Shown: positions 1 to 5,091 of the stretch, in pieces
How positions within the stretch are numbered: position 1 is the stretch's first letter
Layout: each line of letters opens with the position of its first letter
Assembly (NCBI GenBank): GCA_018400815.1
Contig: JAGYLS010000043.1
Location: 1 to 13,867, forward strand
Direction: 5' to 3'
Length of the DNA: 13,867 bases
Source of the DNA: Candidatus Oleincola secundus
Lineage (GTDB): Bacteria > Atribacterota > Phoenicimicrobiia > Phoenicimicrobiales > Stramentimicrobiaceae
The notes under the pieces: model-generated
The model's input: only the letters and a program-made list of their open reading frames with translations
Databases searched by the model: none
What the model was told of the DNA's origin: nothing
Made by a program: the position numbers and the translations under genes

Positions 1-96
1 TTTTACGATTGCTTCAATAATTTCTTCCCTCTCCGGTGTGTATTTTAAATCTCTTTCTTTTAAAAAATACTTAAATCTTTCTTTATAACTAAGCAA
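1..96 (-). CDS. Fur-family transcriptional regulator, N-terminal 32 aa (runs off the window edge)
   Basis: Not in the ORF track. Manual translation from TTG at 96 gives MLSYKERFKYFLKERDLKYTPEREEIIEAIVK, matching the Fur N-terminal pattern (L..+GL+.T.+R..I+..I). An SD-like GGAGTGAGG lies just upstream, as does a Fur-box-like palindrome. Confidence 0.8.
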   Translation of the reverse strand, partial: MLSYKERFKYFLKERDLKYTPEREEIIEAIVK

Positions 97-114
97 ATCC
101 TCACTCCTGATGTA

Positions 115-133
115 ATTGAGTATCATTCTCAAT
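115..133. promoter_or_regulatory. Fur-box-like operator (9-1-9 inverted repeat)
   Basis: ATTGAGTAT-C-ATTCTCAAT has 8 of 9 positions palindromic. The minus-strand core TGAGAAT-G-ATACTCA resembles the 7-1-7 Fur consensus TGATAAT-N-ATTATCA. Confidence 0.75.
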
Positions 134-136
134 AAT

Positions 137-164
137 ATTTTATTACATAATCACATTTTGTCAA
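137..164 (-). promoter_or_regulatory. Predicted sigma70-type promoter of the partial fur gene
   Basis: TTGACA (164-159), 16-bp spacer, TAAAAT (142-137). Confidence 0.6.
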
Positions 165-366
165 GACAGAAAATTATAAAAATGTAAATATTTATTATTT
201 TTGCAGAAATTTCTTTATAAAATCTCTTTAAAATGGATGGAGGGGGTTTGAATTAATGTTTGCCTGCCAATGAATAAAAATCTCTGTTATTTAGTATCTG
301 ATTTAGAATATCCAAATCATCTTTACTTTTTTTACCAGTGTACAAATCTTATTTCTCATGCCTTAT

Positions 367-1287
367 TTATTCTTTACTTTCAGTAGCCTCAATAGGTAGT
401 ATCTTCTTTTTCAAACTATTTTCCAGAACAAAATCGCCTATATTACAACCAAGGTGCCTGGCAATGACCGGACATTTGGCAATTAACAAAAAGAATAAAG
501 GATTTGGTTCACCGGAAAGTGCTTCATAGTTTCCCTGTCCTTTGCTAATTATCATTTCTGCCTCATCAAAAATACGTATAAATTCTGGAGAACAATAGTC
601 CAAAACAACTCCCGGGGAATCCGCACCACATGAAATAATATTAGCATAATGATTAATGCCACAAAAAATTGCATCATCAACAAGCGCATCATTTAAGACT
701 GGTTTCCCTTTCACCACATAAATAACATTTTTATGGTAATAAGTTACCAGATATTCTATTAGGATACGATCAAAGACTACTTCGCCAGAATTATCAGCAA
801 GATAAAGAACTGAATCAACATCTAATAGGTGTTGACGGAAAGAAAAGTAATCAAAATGTTCTCCATCACTATTTACCTGTGAATCAAAGTCAATTCTTAG
901 CATTTTATTAATTTTTTCACTAATACTATCAAAGCCTTCTATTCCAAAATCAATGATATTGCCGATAATTGACAATCTAATGGCTGTTAAAAGCTTATTT
1001 TCTGCATCCTTCATTTTGATTTTCATTTCCGGGTACATCTTTAAGGCCATTTTATTACTTTCTTCTTTAATTTCTCTGTAAGGATCTTTCTTACCGGTTA
1101 CTTTGCTAATCATGGTATAAATTTTACTTCCCATCTCTGCTGGTGTTGTATTCAAGGAAAAATGAGGGATTATCTCAGATAAGTTGTTTAATACCTCTCT
1201 TTGGACCTCCTCACTGGCACCAGATATTCTCGCAGCCTTGAGTGCCTGCTGATAAAAACAGGGAATACAGTCTAAATAACTTTTCAT
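367..1287 (-). CDS. DUF89/ARMT1-like damage-control metal-dependent phosphatase, subfamily I type
   Basis: Motifs: N-terminal DCIPC, GNIIDFG, YLADNSGEVVFD, PVLNDA, SKGQGNYE, C-terminal AKC. SD GAGGAG upstream. Confidence 0.9.
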   Translation of the reverse strand: MKSYLDCIPCFYQQALKAARISGASEEVQREVLNNLSEIIPHFSLNTTPAEMGSKIYTMISKVTGKKDPYREIKEESNKMALKMYPEMKIKMKDAENKLLTAIRLSIIGNIIDFGIEGFDSISEKINKMLRIDFDSQVNSDGEHFDYFSFRQHLLDVDSVLYLADNSGEVVFDRILIEYLVTYYHKNVIYVVKGKPVLNDALVDDAIFCGINHYANIISCGADSPGVVLDYCSPEFIRIFDEAEMIISKGQGNYEALSGEPNPLFFLLIAKCPVIARHLGCNIGDFVLENSLKKKILPIEATESKE

Positions 1288-1328
1288 TTTTTGCTCCTCA
1301 CCTAAACATTATATTATTAACACTCATC

Positions 1329-1529
1329 CTATAATCGTTTATCAATTGTTCCATCTGGCATCATATTATCTGGATGGTATTGACCTCTTTCCTGCATCTT
1401 TCTTCTAAGACAACACCAATATTCTGATTTGCAGTATTGTTCCACCCACTTTTTATCAATTAAATTTTGCTCTGTATAGCGCCTTATTGGGCAAACGGAA
1501 AACCAATGGCAGGTTTCCCTGTTATTCAT
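1329..1529 (-). CDS. Small Cys-rich protein of unknown function, probably metal or Fe-S binding
   Basis: 66 aa with CxWxxxCP, YCxxxxxCCxR and HPDNMMPDG. SD GAAGGTG upstream; co-oriented with the cluster. Confidence 0.75.
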   Translation of the reverse strand: MNNRETCHWFSVCPIRRYTEQNLIDKKWVEQYCKSEYWCCLRRKMQERGQYHPDNMMPDGTIDKRL

Positions 1530-1568
1530 TAAAATTCACCTTCTTATAAGTAGATAAAAATATTTCTC

Positions 1569-1612
1569 TCTTAACTATAAAGAAAATTAGATAATTTTCT
1601 TTATAGTTAAGA
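1569..1612. repeat. Perfect 21-bp inverted repeat with 2-nt spacer
   Basis: TCTTAACTATAAAGAAAATTA-GA-TAATTTTCTTTATAGTTAAGA, between the Mrp gene and the 66-aa gene. Confidence 0.9.
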
Positions 1613-1649
1613 ATAAGAGCCAGGTTTTTCTTTGCCTTATCTTATCTAA

Positions 1650-2522
1650 TCATAGTTTAATCTGAGAAATAATGGATTGAATTATTTTCTCAAAAGCCTG
1701 ACTTGTTTCACTTTCCTTATTGCTGCAAATAAAAGGTTGACCCTCATCTGCAGACTTAACCATTTGTACATCGATGGGTATTGCGCCCAGAAATGGTACC
1801 TTAAAATCACTTGCTGCTTTCTTCCCTCCCCCAGTCATAAATAAATCAATCTTTTCTCCGCAATTAGGACAACGAAACCCGCTCATATTCTCAATAATTC
1901 CCAAAATAGGAATATTAATATCTCTTAAAAAATTAATACATTTTCGTGAGTCAGATAAAGCAATCTCCTGAGGCGTAGTTACTATAACACCACCGTCTAA
2001 CTCGGGTATAAGTTGACAAACAGATAGCGGCTCATCTCCGGTACCGGGAGGAGAATCGATAATCAAAAAATCGAGGTCACCCCAACTGACTTCAGCTAAA
2101 AACTGTTTGATTGCTATTCCTTTTAAAGGTCCTCTCCAAACCAACGGGGTATCGGGCGATTCTATCAATGAAGCCATAGAAACAGCTGACAGATTTTCTC
2201 TAACCTGTATTGGTTTAATCTGTCCGTTACTGCCGGTTAATTTTTCTCCTTCAAATCCTAACATCTTGGCTACAGAAGGTCCGTGTAAGTCGGCATCCAG
2301 CAAGCCAACCCGGTATCCTTTCTCGGCTAAAGCACAGGACAAATTTACGGAAACCGAACTTTTCCCGACACCTCCCTTATTTGACAAAACTAAGATTTTA
2401 TGTTTAATATTTGCCATATTCTGCTTTAATTTTTCGGCCATTTCCTTGTTACTCTGTTCTCTTTTCTTTCTCATTTCTTCTTGGGCTCTTTGCTGTGCTG
2501 CTTTAGTATTTACATTATCCAA
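1650..2522 (-). CDS. mrp: Mrp/ApbC/NBP35-family P-loop ATPase, Fe-S cluster carrier
   Basis: Deviant Walker A NKGGVGKS, DADLHGPS, VWRGP, DSPPGTGD, VTTPQ, ENMS..CPNC. TTG start with GAGGAAG upstream. Confidence 0.93.
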   Translation of the reverse strand: MDNVNTKAAQQRAQEEMRKKREQSNKEMAEKLKQNMANIKHKILVLSNKGGVGKSSVSVNLSCALAEKGYRVGLLDADLHGPSVAKMLGFEGEKLTGSNGQIKPIQVRENLSAVSMASLIESPDTPLVWRGPLKGIAIKQFLAEVSWGDLDFLIIDSPPGTGDEPLSVCQLIPELDGGVIVTTPQEIALSDSRKCINFLRDINIPILGIIENMSGFRCPNCGEKIDLFMTGGGKKAASDFKVPFLGAIPIDVQMVKSADEGQPFICSNKESETSQAFEKIIQSIISQIKL

Positions 2523-2597
2523 TATTTTACTTCCTCTTCTTTCCTCGTCTTATCTAAACAAATAATTATCAAATTTCAGGTAAAACTTGAAGCAAGT

Positions 2598-2822
2598 TTA
2601 TTTTCTAACCATTAGAGAACCACATTTGGGACATTTTATTTCTGTACATGGTATACCAGGCTCATGTGTTTTAACCGTTCCACAGGAAGGACAAACACAC
2701 TGTCCTCCGGGTCCGGCGCCTCCGGCAAATCCTCCTGTACCTGTATTAACATTTCCTCTTCCTTGTCCTCTTCCGGTTCCCGGTCCCTGACCTCTTGGTC
2801 CAGTTCCGTCACCTCTGGGCAT
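2598..2822 (-). CDS. Small protein with DUF5320-like Gly-rich N-terminus and a 6-Cys C-terminal metal-binding domain
   Basis: MPRGDGTGPRGQGPGTGRG followed by CVCPSC..H..PC....CPKC. Strong SD GGAGGTGAG. Confidence 0.85.
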   Translation of the reverse strand: MPRGDGTGPRGQGPGTGRGQGRGNVNTGTGGFAGGAGPGGQCVCPSCGTVKTHEPGIPCTEIKCPKCGSLMVRK

Positions 2823-2851
2823 CTAGCTCACCTCCAATCAAAATATTATTA

Positions 2852-3229
2852 CTAATGATGGTGATCTTCTTTTTCAATTCCGTATCCCTTGCCTGCACCA
2901 GGCTGACAAAGAGAATCACTTCCTTCTAACTTTCCCTCAATATATCTTTTAACAACATCATTGATTTCACCAGTAACACCAACTATTGGTTTTATTCCTT
3001 TCTCAGAAAAGAGATCTGCTGCCCTCTTCCCCATACCACCACAAATAATGACATGGACATCTTTTTCGGCAAGAAACTTCGGCAAAAAACCGGTGCGATG
3101 ACCGGGATTTGAAATCGTTTCCTGATTAATTACTTCCTTATTTTCCAATTCAATTATTGCAAAAGAAGGGCATCGTCCAAAATGATCTGATACTTGATTA
3201 TTATCAACGGCTATTGCAATTTTTTCCAT
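2852..3229 (-). CDS. NifB/NifX-family (FeMo-co-binding-like) protein with His-rich tail
   Basis: KIAIA...VSDHFGRC, NPGH, VIICGGMG; C-terminal LC..G...EDHHH. Confidence 0.88.
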   Translation of the reverse strand: MEKIAIAVDNNQVSDHFGRCPSFAIIELENKEVINQETISNPGHRTGFLPKFLAEKDVHVIICGGMGKRAADLFSEKGIKPIVGVTGEINDVVKRYIEGKLEGSDSLCQPGAGKGYGIEKEDHHH

Positions 3230-3250
3230 AAAAATTCTCCTACTATAACT

Positions 3251-3616
3251 TTAATTTAATCCTGAATGTGGTTCTACATTTGATTGGTTTGATGGTTTTA
3301 AATTTCCTTTTTTGTATTCTTGAATGGCTGAATCAACAGTACCGCTTGCTCCGGAAATCAACTGTATACCGGCAGCATTCATAGTTCGATATGCATTAGG
3401 TCCACAATTCCCACTAATAACAACCTCTACACCCTTGTCTGCCATCATCTGACCAGATTGAATTCCAACTCCACCCATACCACGAATATTACTATTTTCA
3501 ATTGCCTCGTACTCATCATTTTCAGTATCATAGATAATAAAATAAAGACATCTTCCAAATCTGGGATCAATTTCACTTTTTAATTCCGGTCCCGAAGAAG
3601 TAATTGCAATTTTCAT
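3251..3616 (-). CDS. NifB/NifX-family protein (orange-protein-like)
   Basis: MKIAITS...IDPRFGRC.YF, GGVGIQ, VISGNCGPNA; C-terminal V..H.G. Confidence 0.9.
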   Translation of the reverse strand: MKIAITSSGPELKSEIDPRFGRCLYFIIYDTENDEYEAIENSNIRGMGGVGIQSGQMMADKGVEVVISGNCGPNAYRTMNAAGIQLISGASGTVDSAIQEYKKGNLKPSNQSNVEPHSGLN

Positions 3617-3705
3617 TATTTCTCACCCCTGTTTTTTTTATTTTTCTTCACTATCTTTTATTATACCGCTTATGGCAAGTTTATAGAATATTCACTCTTT
3701 TCTTT

Positions 3706-3758
3706 ACCAAAATGAATCACCAGCAAAGATCATTTCCCTGCTGGTGATTCATTTTGGT
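3706..3758. repeat. Perfect 20-bp stem with 13-nt loop, no U-tract (possible mRNA-stabilising or attenuating hairpin)
   Basis: ACCAAAATGAATCACCAGCA (3706-3725) pairs with TGCTGGTGATTCATTTTGGT (3739-3758), 11 nt after the DUF5320 stop codon. Confidence 0.85.
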
Positions 3759-3769
3759 CACTTATAACA

Positions 3770-4159
3770 TCACTCTTTTTTTTCTTTCTTTAATTCAGCT
3801 AATCTTTTATTCACTGCATCTAATTCAGCCTTAATATCCTCAGCCTCTGCCTGGAGTAAATCCATTTCCTGTTTGGGTTCCATTTTCCCCTGATAAGGGT
3901 AAGTAGCTCCATAAACAGGATAGGCAGGCGGTGCCGGTGTATAAGCAGGATATGCCGGGTAACCCGAGTATGCACCTCGTCGGAAACCCCGACCAGCACC
4001 TCGTCCAAACCCGCGACCGAATCCGCCCCTAAATCCCATTCCTAAACGACCACCAACAGGATTGGCATAACCCGGAACAGCATAACCAGCACAATAACCC
4101 GCCGCTCTCCCAGTCATTGGACCAAGGCCGGCAGGACCAGTTCTATCACCACTTGGCAT
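3770..4159 (-). CDS. DUF5320-family protein (Gly/Arg-rich, Tyr/Pro-rich, C-terminal coiled coil)
   Basis: MPSGDRTGPAGLGPMTGRAAGYCAG.. signature, GFGRG repeats, heptad-like C-terminus. SD AGGAGGTGA. Confidence 0.88.
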   Translation of the reverse strand: MPSGDRTGPAGLGPMTGRAAGYCAGYAVPGYANPVGGRLGMGFRGGFGRGFGRGAGRGFRRGAYSGYPAYPAYTPAPPAYPVYGATYPYQGKMEPKQEMDLLQAEAEDIKAELDAVNKRLAELKKEKKE

Positions 4160-4187
4160 TATAAATCACCTCCTTTTTTTTATTATA

Positions 4188-4664
4188 TTATTCATTTTTT
4201 TGACAATCCTTGCATTCCCCATAAAATTGGAGAATACAACTCTTCACGGAAAACCCGTATTTTCGGTAAAGTTTTTCCTTCATTTTCTTAATCACATTAA
4301 TTTCTTCTTCAGTCAATTCGCTTGAGTCAAAAAAAGTACGGCAATTCATGCATACTAGATGTTGATGACAGTTTATCCCTTCAACTCTCCCTGCCAATTC
4401 GTATCTTGCTCTTCCTTCACCGAATTCTACCTTGATGACCACACCATTCTTTATCAAAAGATCAAGTGTCCTGTAAACAGTTGTCAGCCCAATAGCAGGA
4501 TATATCTTATAAGCCCGTAAATATATTTCTTCAGCGCTTAAATGCTTTTCGGCATTATTCAGAATCTGAAGAATAATCCTTCTGGGCATAGTCACTCTAT
4601 ATCCCCAGCCCTTAAAATGACTTGGCCAATTTTCCGGTGGCCCTTTACCAAATCTACCCTTCAT
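4188..4664 (-). CDS. Fur-family metalloregulator with Gly/Pro/Trp N-terminal extension
   Basis: RVTMPRRIIL, HLSAEEIY, TVYRTLDLL, HQHLVCMNC and GECKDC (two CxxC structural Zn motifs). Confidence 0.93.
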   Translation of the reverse strand: MKGRFGKGPPENWPSHFKGWGYRVTMPRRIILQILNNAEKHLSAEEIYLRAYKIYPAIGLTTVYRTLDLLIKNGVVIKVEFGEGRARYELAGRVEGINCHQHLVCMNCRTFFDSSELTEEEINVIKKMKEKLYRKYGFSVKSCILQFYGECKDCQKNE

Positions 4665-4680
4665 TATATTATAATTCCTT

Positions 4681-4699
4681 ATTGAAAATGATTACCATT
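4681..4699. promoter_or_regulatory. Fur-box-like operator
   Basis: ATTGAAAAT-G-ATTACCATT. The core TGAAAAT-G-ATTACCA matches the 7-1-7 consensus at 12 of 14 positions. Confidence 0.7.
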
Positions 4700-4702
4700 A
4701 AC

Positions 4703-4731
4703 ATTCTATGTCTAATTTTATTTTTTGTCAA
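4703..4731 (-). promoter_or_regulatory. Predicted sigma70-type promoter for the Fur/DUF5320/NifX/Mrp cluster
   Basis: TTGACA (4731-4726), 17-bp spacer, TAGAAT (4708-4703). Confidence 0.75.
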
Positions 4732-4754
4732 GCATTTCATTAAAGCAAATATTG

Positions 4755-5001
4755 CACCCGCATAGCGGGTGGCTTTAAGAATCCTCTAAAAGAGGCTAAA
4801 GTTTTTATTAGACAGTTTTTTCTCTGCTCTTTTCTTTTGATCTCTTAGCTATCTTTTAAAAGAGCTCTTTTATACCATGTTTCGTCTATTTAGGATTTAA
4901 GGTAAAAATATTTCAGTTAGTATAGCTTTATCTTTATGGTAAAACCATTTTATTTAACCATTACCACCTTCAAAGAAGGTGTTTTTTTATGGTTAAATAA
5001 A
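4755..5001 (-). mobile_element. Possible decayed, internally deleted IS200/IS605-family remnant
   Basis: GC-rich hairpins CACCCGC-ATA-GCGGGTG (4755-4771), CCTCT-AAA-AGAGG (4783-4795) and CACCTTC-AAA-GAAGGTG (4965-4981). Broken minus-strand peptide pieces (IDE, MV, RDQKKR) resemble the TnpA C-terminus. Confidence 0.4.
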
Positions 5002-5047
5002 TAAAAATAAAAGAAGGCAGTGATTACCTGCCTTCTTTTATTTTTAT
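5001..5047. terminator. Intrinsic terminator after the AOR gene, potentially bidirectional
   Basis: Perfect 20-bp stem ATAAAAATAAAAGAAGGCAG / CTGCCTTCTTTTATTTTTAT with 7-nt loop; T-rich tails on both strands. Confidence 0.88.
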
Positions 5048-5091
5048 CTTAAGTTATAACAAAATAATATGAACTCTATAAAATTAGAGAA

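Noticed and set aside
338..2855. Plus-strand ORFs 338-529, 1774-1971, 2107-2565, 2587-2790 and 2664-2855
   Set aside because: Antisense shadows of well-supported minus-strand genes, with no recognisable motifs.
2852..3616. Nitrogen fixation locus
   Set aside because: Only stand-alone NifB/NifX-fold proteins are present. No nifHDK, nifEN or radical-SAM NifB domain, and this fold is common in non-diazotrophs.
3704..3772. Selenocysteine read-through: TGA followed 11 nt later by a hairpin, with further in-frame TGAs
   Set aside because: The protein ends naturally after its coiled coil, the extension resembles no known selenoprotein motif, and a 20-bp perfect stem is unlike a bacterial SECIS.
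3820..4008. Alternative-frame 62-aa minus-strand ORF
   Set aside because: Fully nested in the DUF5320 gene, which has the SD and family signature.
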